Shown: positions 49,984 through 58,069 of the stretch, in pieces
How the letters are laid out: each line of letters starts with the position of its first letter
Position numbering within the stretch: position 1 is the stretch's first letter
DNA from: an uncultured Collinsella sp.
GTDB taxonomy: Bacteria > Actinomycetota > Coriobacteriia > Coriobacteriales > Coriobacteriaceae
Direction of reading: 5' to 3'
DNA: 64,000 nucleotides
Assembly (NCBI GenBank): GCA_900541035.1
Contig: UQIN01000015.1
Span: forward strand, 1,593-65,592
Translations under genes and position numbers: made by a program
The notes under the pieces: generated by a model
What the model saw: the letters and a program-made list of their open reading frames with translations, nothing else
Databases searched by the model: none
What the model was told of the DNA's origin: nothing

Positions 49984-51444
49984 TTAGAAACCCTGACCGT
50001 AGCCCTGACCCTGGCCCTGCTGGCCCAGCAGCTCCTCCAGATACTGGCGCAGCTGCTCGTCGGTAATACCGCCGTTGCCGGTGTCGGTCGCGCTGTCGTC
50101 CTGCTGCTGGTTCTGCAGCTCCTCGTCGGAGCCCAGCTCGACGGTGACCTTCTTCTCGTCCTTGCCGCGCATGAGCGTGATCTCGACCTTCTCGCCCACC
50201 TCGTGGCTGCGCAGCGCGATGATCAGGCCATCGGCGCTCGTGATCTCGTCGTCGCTCAGCTTGGTAATGACATCGCCCTCTTGGATGCCGGCCTTGGCGG
50301 CAGGACCGTCCTCGACGACGCTCGCCACGTACGCGCCGCTATCGGTGCTCAGCTTGTTGGTGCGGGCGTTGAGCGCATTGACGCTCGAAAGCGTGGCGCC
50401 CAGGTACGGGTGCACCGGCGTCTTACCGTCGATGATCTGGTCGGCAATGTTCTTAGCGTAGTTAACCGGAATGGCAAAGCCTACGCCCGAGCTGGAGCCC
50501 GAATAGCTCTCGATGAGCGAGTTGATGCCCACGAGCTCGCCGTTGTCGTTAACGAGCGCGCCGCCGGAGTTGCCCGGGTTGATGGCGGCATCGGTCTGGA
50601 TCATGTTGGCATAGATGGTGTTACCGTTGGTAGAGCTCATGGCCGTGGAACGATACAGCGCCGACACAATGCCCGTGGAGACAGACTGCTCGTTGCCGAA
50701 CGGCGAACCGATCGCCATGACCCACTCGCCCACGTTGAGCTTGGAGGAGTCACCAATCTCGATCGGCGTGAGCTTGGAGGCGTCGGCGTCCTTGAGCTTG
50801 ATGACGGCCAGGTCGCTCGAGGCATCGTTGCCCACGAACTCGGCCTCGTAGGTGGTGCCGTCGTCCATGGTCACCACGTACTGGTCATAGCCATCGACCA
50901 CGTGGTTGTTGGTGAGGATGTGACCCTCGGTATCGAGCACAACGCCCGAGCCGACGCTGCCCGAGTTGTCCGACTCGTCGGCAGACTGCGAAAGCGAGCC
51001 ATTCTGGCTGCCGCTCGAAGTGGCGGTAATGGAAACCACGGAGGGCAGGGCCTTGGCAGAAACGGCCTCGGCCAGCGTGGTGTCCTCGGAATCAATCGTA
51101 ATCTTTTGCGTCGATGAACCCGAAGCACCCGCCGTCACGGCATTCTTGCCACCGCCAATATTGAGCGTGCCGCTCATAATGAGCGCAATGACCAGCAGGG
51201 CGCCGCAGGCACAGCCGGCGAGTGCTGTAATAAAGATCGGCAGCTTTTTGGTCTTGGTCTTGACCACCGTGTGCTTGTTCACGACCCGCTGGCCACCCAG
51301 CGGCTGGCCGGTCTGCGTGTCGTAGGCCTGCACGTAGGGAATGTTGCTGTCGGCAGGCGTCGACTCCACCTGCACGCGCGGCTGCTGCTGGGTCTCGCCG
51401 GCGTTGCCCGCATCCTGGGGACGCTGGGAATCGTACTCGCTCAT
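49984..51444 (-). CDS. htrA: HtrA/DegP-family serine protease with PDZ domain
   Basis: GSGVV, TNNHVV, DLAVIK and INPGNSGG motifs; one TM segment; PDZ domain. Confidence 0.93.
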   Translation of the reverse strand: MSEYDSQRPQDAGNAGETQQQPRVQVESTPADSNIPYVQAYDTQTGQPLGGQRVVNKHTVVKTKTKKLPIFITALAGCACGALLVIALIMSGTLNIGGGKNAVTAGASGSSTQKITIDSEDTTLAEAVSAKALPSVVSITATSSGSQNGSLSQSADESDNSGSVGSGVVLDTEGHILTNNHVVDGYDQYVVTMDDGTTYEAEFVGNDASSDLAVIKLKDADASKLTPIEIGDSSKLNVGEWVMAIGSPFGNEQSVSTGIVSALYRSTAMSSTNGNTIYANMIQTDAAINPGNSGGALVNDNGELVGINSLIESYSGSSSGVGFAIPVNYAKNIADQIIDGKTPVHPYLGATLSSVNALNARTNKLSTDSGAYVASVVEDGPAAKAGIQEGDVITKLSDDEITSADGLIIALRSHEVGEKVEITLMRGKDEKKVTVELGSDEELQNQQQDDSATDTGNGGITDEQLRQYLEELLGQQGQGQGYGQGF

Positions 51445-51615
51445 AGCTGCGATCCTTTCGTCAAATAACCAAAGGCCCGCCAAACATGTGGCGGGCCATC
51501 ATTGTTCACGTTGAGTTGTACCCCAATATGCGGGCGTAAGTGTATGAGAACGCAATCTTTTAGGAAGGCTTAAGTTCTGTTGCAGATTCGAGAGGAACCC
51601 GCACCTGCGTCAAAA

Positions 51616-51648
51616 CCACCACGAAGGTGCCTGTCCCCTTTGTAGTGG
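51616..51648. repeat. REP-like hairpin, family B
   Basis: ccaccacgaaggtgcctgtcccctttgtagtgg. Confidence 0.8.
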
Positions 51649-51652
51649 AAAT

Positions 51653-52315
51653 CTAGTCCTTAAACAGATAGCCCACGCCGCGGACGGTGGTGATGTGTGC
51701 CGCGATCTGCGGGCCCACCTTGGAGCGGATGCGTCGAATGTGCACGTCGACGGTGCGCGTGCCGCCGCAGTACTCAAAGCCCCACACGCGGTGCAGCAGC
51801 ACCTCGCGGCTGTAGGCGCGGTTGGGATGCGTCGCCAAAAAGCTCAGCAGCGAGTACTCCATCAGCGTCAGGTCGATGGGCTCGTTATCGAGCGTCACCT
51901 GGTAGGTAGCCAGGTTAATCTCGAGGTTATCGATATTGAGCACATCGTCGGCGGTGACGGTCTCCTCCTCGCCCATCAGGCGCTGCGCGCGAGCCTTGAG
52001 CTCGTTGGGCGTCGCCGTGGGGCACACAAAGTCGGCATGCGAATGATTCGGCAGGCGCAAGGTACCGAGCGCCTCGTCGTCGACGATCACCAGCATGGGG
52101 ACACCGCCGCGATCGTCAAGCCACTTGGCAATCTGATCGATGCGGTCGCTGCGGATGCCATCGGAATCGAGGATCAGCAGGTCAAAATCGTGCGCCGCAG
52201 TCGGCGAATCGGGGGTAGCCAGGCTCACCTCGACACCCAGGGTGGTCGTCAAGCTGCGGGCAAACTCGTGGAAGCGCGTCGTGCGCGCCATGAACAGGGC
52301 ACTCTTTTCGGACAT
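51653..52315 (-). CDS. glnR: Orphan OmpR-family regulator, actinobacterial GlnR-like
   Basis: Atypical receiver lacking the conserved KP (DFVCPTATPNEL); wHTH VWGFEYCGGTRTVDVHIRRIRSKVG; adjacent to a glnA homologue. Confidence 0.75.
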   Translation of the reverse strand: MSEKSALFMARTTRFHEFARSLTTTLGVEVSLATPDSPTAAHDFDLLILDSDGIRSDRIDQIAKWLDDRGGVPMLVIVDDEALGTLRLPNHSHADFVCPTATPNELKARAQRLMGEEETVTADDVLNIDNLEINLATYQVTLDNEPIDLTLMEYSLLSFLATHPNRAYSREVLLHRVWGFEYCGGTRTVDVHIRRIRSKVGPQIAAHITTVRGVGYLFKD

Positions 52316-52365
52316 ATCGGCCTCCAAGGAAATGAGCTCAATCGTACTGGAACAAGCCAGCGCGA

Positions 52366-53703
52366 TCAGGAGTTCGCCAGGTAGTGCTTGATCTCCCACT
52401 CGGTGATCGTGGACTCAAACTTATGCCATTCGTCGCGCTTCTTTTTGAGGAAGAAGCTGTGGATGTGCTCGCCGAGGGCATCCTTCATAAACTGCGAGTC
52501 CTCAAACACGTCGAGTGCCTCTTTGAGCGAGCGCGGCAGCGGCGTGTAGCCGGCCTCGAGCATCTGACGGTCGGTGAGCTTGAGCGTCTCGGCCGTTGCC
52601 TCGGGCGGGAGCTCCAGCTTGCGCTCGATGCCGTCCAGGCCAGCCGCCAGCGTGACGGCGTTGACCAGGTACGGGTTGGCCATGGGGTCGGGGCTGCGAA
52701 GCTCGATGCGCGTGGACAGCTGCTTGCCGGGCTTGTAGACCGGGATGCGGACCATACTCGCGCGGTTGCGCAGGCCCCACGTGGCGTACTGCGGCACGGA
52801 GTCGCCGCCGGTAGTAATGCGCTTGTAGGAGTTGACCGTGGGGTTGGTGATGGCGCTGATCTCGCGTGCGTGCGCCAAGATGCCGGCCATATAGTGCTTG
52901 GCGACGTCGGAGAGATGGTACTTATCGTCGTCCTCGCCCCAAAAGACGTTGTTGCCGTCGTGGTCGAATAGCGACTGGCACAGGAACATAGCACTACCGT
53001 CCTCGCCTGCCAACGGCTTGGGCATAAAGGAGGCGTGGCAACCGCTCTCGTAGGCCTGCTGCTTAATGATGAGTTTGGCCGTGGTGATGGCGTCGGACAT
53101 GCTCAGGGCCTCGGCGTGGCGCAGGCTCATGCCGTGCTGCGAGCGGCCGGCGGCGTGGAAGGTGTACTCCACGGGCACGGACATCTTCTCGAGCGTGAGG
53201 ACCGTGTTGCGGCGCAGGTCGCGAGCGGCATCGCTCACCGAAAGATCGAAGTAGCCCACGTTGTCGAGCGGCTCGGGGGTGTGCTCGTCGGGGAAGTAGT
53301 AGTACTCCAGCTCGGCGCCCACGTTAAGCAGATAGCCAGCCTTCTCGGCCTTGTGGAACATGCGGCGCAGGGCATCGCGCGGGTCGCCGGCAAATGGCTT
53401 GCGATCGGGAGTGCACACGTCGCAGAACACGCGGGCGACGCCGTTGTGGCTCGGGCGCCACGGCAAAATCTGGAAGGTCGAAGCATCGGGAAACGCCAGC
53501 ATGTCAGCTTCCTCGGGCGTGGCAAAACCCTCGATGGCGGAGCCGTCAAAGCCGATACCCTCCTCAAAAGCGACCTCGAGGTCCTCGGGGCTAATGGCAA
53601 AGTTCTTGAGGCGGCCGAGAATGTCGACAAACCACAGACGCACAAAGCGGATGTCACGCTGCTCTACGGAGCGGAGTACGTAATCGATGTTCTGCTGGTT
53701 CAT
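52366..53703 (-). CDS. glnA: Glutamine synthetase type I-alpha homologue with degenerate active site
   Basis: FDGSAIEGF, ELEYY, FMPKP, VNSYKR and RIELRSPD retained; HHE, QHE, GMH and GYEAP motifs altered. Confidence 0.85.
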   Translation of the reverse strand: MNQQNIDYVLRSVEQRDIRFVRLWFVDILGRLKNFAISPEDLEVAFEEGIGFDGSAIEGFATPEEADMLAFPDASTFQILPWRPSHNGVARVFCDVCTPDRKPFAGDPRDALRRMFHKAEKAGYLLNVGAELEYYYFPDEHTPEPLDNVGYFDLSVSDAARDLRRNTVLTLEKMSVPVEYTFHAAGRSQHGMSLRHAEALSMSDAITTAKLIIKQQAYESGCHASFMPKPLAGEDGSAMFLCQSLFDHDGNNVFWGEDDDKYHLSDVAKHYMAGILAHAREISAITNPTVNSYKRITTGGDSVPQYATWGLRNRASMVRIPVYKPGKQLSTRIELRSPDPMANPYLVNAVTLAAGLDGIERKLELPPEATAETLKLTDRQMLEAGYTPLPRSLKEALDVFEDSQFMKDALGEHIHSFFLKKKRDEWHKFESTITEWEIKHYLANS

Positions 53704-53750
53704 GTCGCTCCCCTTTCTTTCGGGCGGGTTTCGACTGGTCTATATCGCAG

Positions 53751-53784
53751 ATACTATCGCAGAAAAATGTTTCCGCAGGGTTAA
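53751..53784 (-). promoter_or_regulatory. GlnR-like box plus -10 element upstream of the glnA homologue
   Basis: Minus strand TTAAC-CCTGCG-GAAAC (53784-53769), then 12 nt, then TAGTAT; fits gTnAc-N6-GaAAc. Confidence 0.6.
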
Positions 53785-53837
53785 AGCGTATCAAGCGCTC
53801 AAAAAACGTGCGCGAACAGGCAGTTGCGAACGAGTGA

Positions 53838-54860
53838 CTAGCGCGAGGTCGATGCGCGGTGCTCGATGTGGCCGGGGATCTCGATGCGTTTGGGCGCCAG
53901 CTTTGCGGCCTCGCCCACGGTGGTGGTAACGACGTCGATGCGCTCGGAGAGGCGCTCGACTACGCACTCGGCAATGGTAAGGGTGTCTTGCGCGGCCGCG
54001 GTGACGCCGCCAAAGAGCACGTGGTTCCAGGGGCAATCGTCAAACGTCGCGATTTTGAGACCAGCCGGCAACGAAGGTCCCAACTGTGCCAGCGCCTCGG
54101 TCAGACGCAGGAAAACCAGGCCGTTGACGGCAATGAGGCCGAGCTTTTTGCCGGCATAGTCGCGGATGGTCTCGTCCAAGCGACCAACGCCCGTGGCACC
54201 GCCATCGGCCAAGGTGACAACCTCGCCGGCAAGGCCGCGTCGCGACAGCTCGTCAGTAAAGGCCTTGGCGCGCTCGCGACGGACGGGGCTGTCGTCGCTT
54301 GCCTCGGTGAGCAGGCACAGGCGCTCGCTGCCCGCAGCAGCCAGGGCGTCTACCAACCCGGCGACCAGCTCACGGTTGTTAGATGTCACCAGATCGACAC
54401 CGCCGTCGGCAACATCGCGGTCGAGCAGCACAACGGGCAGACGTCCCGCTGCCGCGGCGATCGCCTCGTCATTACCTCCGCAGGTGTTGACGACCAGGCC
54501 GTCCACGCCGGCATCGATAAGTCTGGTGAGCGACTCCGCTTCCTTAGCGGGGTCGTTGCCACTAATGGCCGTCATAAGCGAGCAGCCGCGCGCGGCGGCA
54601 CTGGCGGAAAGTCCTTCGAGCATGGCGCTCGAGAACGGGTTGGCGATGTCGGCCAAAATCACGCCGATGAGGTTGGTGCGCGAGCTGCGCAGATTGCGCG
54701 CGGCGGCACGCGGGCGATAGCCGGTGCGCTCGATAACCGCCGCGATGCGAGCACGGGTTTCCTCGGTCATTTGCCCGGGGCGGTTATTGAGGTAGCGCGA
54801 GACCGTGGCCGGGCTCACACCCGCCTCGGCGGCAATGTCCTTGATTCTCATCTGCGCCAT
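53838..54860 (-). CDS. LacI-family transcriptional regulator
   Basis: IKDIAAEAGVSPATVSRYLN, ARNLRS and NPFSS motifs. Confidence 0.92.
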   Translation of the reverse strand: MAQMRIKDIAAEAGVSPATVSRYLNNRPGQMTEETRARIAAVIERTGYRPRAAARNLRSSRTNLIGVILADIANPFSSAMLEGLSASAAARGCSLMTAISGNDPAKEAESLTRLIDAGVDGLVVNTCGGNDEAIAAAAGRLPVVLLDRDVADGGVDLVTSNNRELVAGLVDALAAAGSERLCLLTEASDDSPVRRERAKAFTDELSRRGLAGEVVTLADGGATGVGRLDETIRDYAGKKLGLIAVNGLVFLRLTEALAQLGPSLPAGLKIATFDDCPWNHVLFGGVTAAAQDTLTIAECVVERLSERIDVVTTTVGEAAKLAPKRIEIPGHIEHRASTSR

Positions 54861-54985
54861 AGCGCACCCCGTTTCCCATTTGTCGGCGGTCTGAGCCATT
54901 TTAGGCATTTTTTTAAAAATCTCGGTTGCAAAACGCTGTAGGTGAGCAGCGTCGTTTTTGCGTCTCGAGCAGATGCGATGATGGG

Positions 54986-55678
54986 CTAGTTATTCGAGTC
55001 TTTAGGCAGCTCAAAATAGTCGGGATGTAAGGCGATAACCGGGCCCTGCTCCTCGGGCATCAGGTGCAAGTGCGTCTCTGCCAGATAACTCGCCGCATCG
55101 GTATCGCCCCTCTTAATGGCCTCGAGAATCCGGCGATGCTGCCGACGAATCGGCTCCCAATCCAGATCCTGCGACACCATACGCAACCAGTTGTATCGCT
55201 CAAAATGCGTGTTGACGCTCTTCATCCAATCCCACAACATGTGACGACCGGCAATCTCAAAACACGTCTCATGAAACAGGTTGTCCAGATCGAAAAAGCG
55301 ACGCGTTTCGCCATGGTCGAGTGACTCAGACTCGGCAAGAATCTGCTCGAGCCGATGCTTTTGCTCAGGCGAGGCGGCCGAACAGCATTTAATAAGCACG
55401 CTTCTCTCGAGTTTCTCGCGCAAGAAACAGGCGTTCTCGGCGCGCTCCATGCTGATCTTAGAGACATAGGTGCCGCTTTTGGGACGCGTTTCCACCAGCT
55501 CCTGCTCACGCAGGCGCACAAAGGATTCGCGAATGGGCGTGCGCCCGATTCCCGTCTCCTTTTCCAGACCAATCGCCGAAAGGCGCGTGCCGGGTTTGAG
55601 CTCGGCATAGATGATCTTGGAGCGCAATGCGTTGTATGCCTGGTCTTGCAGGCTCTGATTATGCTGGTGTTGTTCCAT
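54986..55678 (-). CDS. GntR-family (FCD) transcriptional regulator
   Basis: LKPGTRLS...GRTPIRE...PKSGTYV; DNLFH; FCD tail. Confidence 0.92.
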   Translation of the reverse strand: MEQHQHNQSLQDQAYNALRSKIIYAELKPGTRLSAIGLEKETGIGRTPIRESFVRLREQELVETRPKSGTYVSKISMERAENACFLREKLERSVLIKCCSAASPEQKHRLEQILAESESLDHGETRRFFDLDNLFHETCFEIAGRHMLWDWMKSVNTHFERYNWLRMVSQDLDWEPIRRQHRRILEAIKRGDTDAASYLAETHLHLMPEEQGPVIALHPDYFELPKDSNN

Positions 55679-56053
55679 AAAGCCCTCGGATGAAGCTCAC
55701 GGTTTGTCGAATTTCACCACGTAATACTATCGCATCGACACGCCCCGGCTCCCAATCAGTCTTTTTGGGACGGGGCTCTTTTAGCTACCCTGGCCCGCAG
55801 ATCGGCCCCCTTGTCACAAAAGTGGCCCATCTACCACGTTAACACGGATAGCCTCGGCCATACCGAAAACTGTGAAAACAAAACCGCAGGTAGACAGCTT
55901 GTCGATTTTCGAAAAAGCCGACTATGGTTGACCCCTGCGGCTTAAACGTAGTAGATAGGCCCTTTTCGTGGCGCAGCACTACTGCACCCCAAATTGGTAC
56001 CTCGAGCCTGTTGTAAGTTGCTGTGAAATACGGACGGTTGATAATCAAGGCGC

Positions 56054-56112
56054 GCTATACGGCTTGCTATATCTCACTATACTTTGCTGTACGTCGCTAT
56101 ACTTTGCTATAA
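56054..56112. repeat. Phased heptamer repeats (GCTATAC-like, 10-bp period)
   Basis: Units start at 56054, 56066, 56076, 56086, 56096 and 56106. Confidence 0.7.
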
Positions 56113-56148
56113 CTTGACAATAATCGGCCCGTTACCATCCGGGATATA

Positions 56149-56182
56149 ACGGACCCCAAGCCAACGCTGGCTTGGGGTCCGT
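56149..56182. terminator. Hairpin/terminator after the AlbA_2 gene
   Basis: acggaccccaagcca-acgc-tggcttggggtccgt. Confidence 0.7.
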
Positions 56183-56204
56183 CTTGTACCATGGCTCTTT
56201 TTGA

Positions 56205-57464
56205 CTATGAGCGCTCGTATTTCGTGGCCCGCCCGGTTCCCTGCCTTACGATTGCATTCCGTTCAAGCAGAGATTCGAGTGCCGCCAACGTCCGCATGCG
56301 GCTCAGCCCCGTCTGTTTTTCAATCTCGCTTCGCGACATAATTCGACCGCCCGACAAGGCTTTGAGAACCTGGACCTCTTCCTCGGACCCTTCAAGGGCA
56401 TCGGTAACGGGCAATGTGACGGCCACCATGCCGCCGCGAACATCAAAAATTGGTTGATTGACCGAATCGCGATAGGCACGTCTAATGCGCGCGATTCCCG
56501 TACCAAATTTCTCGATGTAATCCAGCTTTAAGAAGGCCTCTGCAACGATGGGGTTTCTGAGCACGGATATCTGCCCATACAGGTATTGTTCCGTCGTCAA
56601 ACCGGCGGGCAGCGATCCAGGAGAGGTCACAACGACGCGATCATCGTACAGGGCAATTTGAACGTTCGCTCGAACGTCCCACGTCCGATGCACCAAAGCA
56701 TTTGCGACAGCTTCGCGAAACGCCTCGAGAGGAATTCGATCGGTTTGGACGCGCTCCATCCCTTCGATACGCTCATAACGGTAGTAGCGTGCAAACATAG
56801 CTACCGCCCTGTCCACCTGCTCAATTGCGGATACATTTGTCGCCGCTTCGCGATCCAAGATCACATCCTCGGTATCACCAAAACGGACGCAATCGATGCC
56901 CGGAAAATCATTCTTATCCGCCAAAATCGCCGCAGCGTTGGTATAGCCGTCCTTGCCGAGCAAGCGAAGCGTGCGCATAATATCCGACGTTAGTTCAGAA
57001 ATGCCGAGATGTTCAACACACTTATGCTCGAGCGTATGAAAACTCAAGTCCTGGCGAGCCGACGTGAGCGCGTCGAACGTTACGTTGCTGCCTTCGAGCG
57101 TCAGCCTGCCATACTCAAACCGGTCGACCTCCACTGTTGCCGAATCGTTTCGCCTGTAGGCCTTTCCCTTGCTTCGATAGGGTTTGTCCTGGCCCTCATA
57201 AACCGTAAGGATTACGGTCCCGTGTTTCTCATCGGGCTCGAGCGTGTAACGGGGAGCGGGGTCCAAGCTGTCATTAATCATGTTCTCGATGCGGAGACAC
57301 TCTGCGACCGGATCCGCAAGGCCGACAGCCACGCCCTCGTCATCAACGCCAAACTCAATCTTGCCCGTCCCGTAGTTTGCATAGGCACTCACCGTTTTAA
57401 GAAACGTCGGCGTAACGCTTTCCTTATATTCGACTGTAGGGCTCTCTCTAACAACCATATGCAC
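56205..57464 (-). CDS. AlbA_2 (Schlafen-like) + HATPase_c_4 + HTH protein (RecG C-terminal-like ATP-binding protein)
   Basis: ESPTVEYKE, TVSAYAN, FGVDD, FREAVANALVHR, SPGSLP and EKFGTGI motifs; C-terminal HTH. Confidence 0.88.
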   Translation of the reverse strand: MHMVVRESPTVEYKESVTPTFLKTVSAYANYGTGKIEFGVDDEGVAVGLADPVAECLRIENMINDSLDPAPRYTLEPDEKHGTVILTVYEGQDKPYRSKGKAYRRNDSATVEVDRFEYGRLTLEGSNVTFDALTSARQDLSFHTLEHKCVEHLGISELTSDIMRTLRLLGKDGYTNAAAILADKNDFPGIDCVRFGDTEDVILDREAATNVSAIEQVDRAVAMFARYYRYERIEGMERVQTDRIPLEAFREAVANALVHRTWDVRANVQIALYDDRVVVTSPGSLPAGLTTEQYLYGQISVLRNPIVAEAFLKLDYIEKFGTGIARIRRAYRDSVNQPIFDVRGGMVAVTLPVTDALEGSEEEVQVLKALSGGRIMSRSEIEKQTGLSRMRTLAALESLLERNAIVRQGTGRATKYERS

Positions 57465-57500
57465 AACCTCTTCGTTTCGTACTATTCATGACCGTATTAT

Positions 57501-57555
57501 AAGACGAAAACCGTTTGCGTACTGATTTATCCAAGACGTAAACGGTTTTCGTCTT
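57501..57555. promoter_or_regulatory. 20-bp inverted repeat, probable operator of the AlbA_2 gene
   Basis: aagacgaaaaccgtttgcgt / acgtaaacggttttcgtctt, 19/20 complementary. Confidence 0.6.
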
Positions 57556-57740
57556 GATTTGCGTACGGAATTAAGACGCATAATTTCGCTTTCGTATGGC
57601 TCAATATCGGACGCAGACTGTTTTCGCCTGTCAATACATCTGCAATCCAAACGAAACGAGCCCCGAGCTCGCATGAACTCGGGGCTCTTTGTGCCGCACA
57701 TCTATGAGAGGAGCAATTCGATGCGTACGGGCGCTACTCC

Positions 57741-57914
57741 ATGAAGCCGCCCTGGGATGGCGGCAACCTCGTCGAGGAGACCATCCGCGCTCACCGTGGC
57801 GTGGCCGACGCCATCGCCACGCGCAACCCCACCGTAGCGCACGACGCGATGTATTTGCATCTGGTGTACAACCGCAACATGATTGCGGAAGTCGCACAGA
57901 CAAAAGACATTTAA
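57741..57914 (+). pseudogene. 3' remnant of a FadR/GntR FCD-domain regulator
   Basis: Frame reads ...NLVEETIRAHRGVADAIATRNPTVAHDAMYLHLVYNRNMIAEVAQTKDI*; no N-terminal HTH; followed by a hairpin at 57949-57980. Confidence 0.7.
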
Positions 57915-58069
57915 GGCTCGACAATGATCTTTCTTTGATAAAACGCAAGCGGCGGCCGTCCCAAAACGGGGCGGCCGCCGTGTTTTGCTATCGACTGGCG
58001 CAATGGAATCAGGTTTACATGCATCAACTTGGTGCAAACTAACCTGACTCCCATGCACCAAGGGAGCGA

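Noticed and set aside
55700..56040. Possible mobile-element end or gene remnant upstream of the GntR gene
   Set aside because: Only short, weak inverted matches and no recognisable coding frame.
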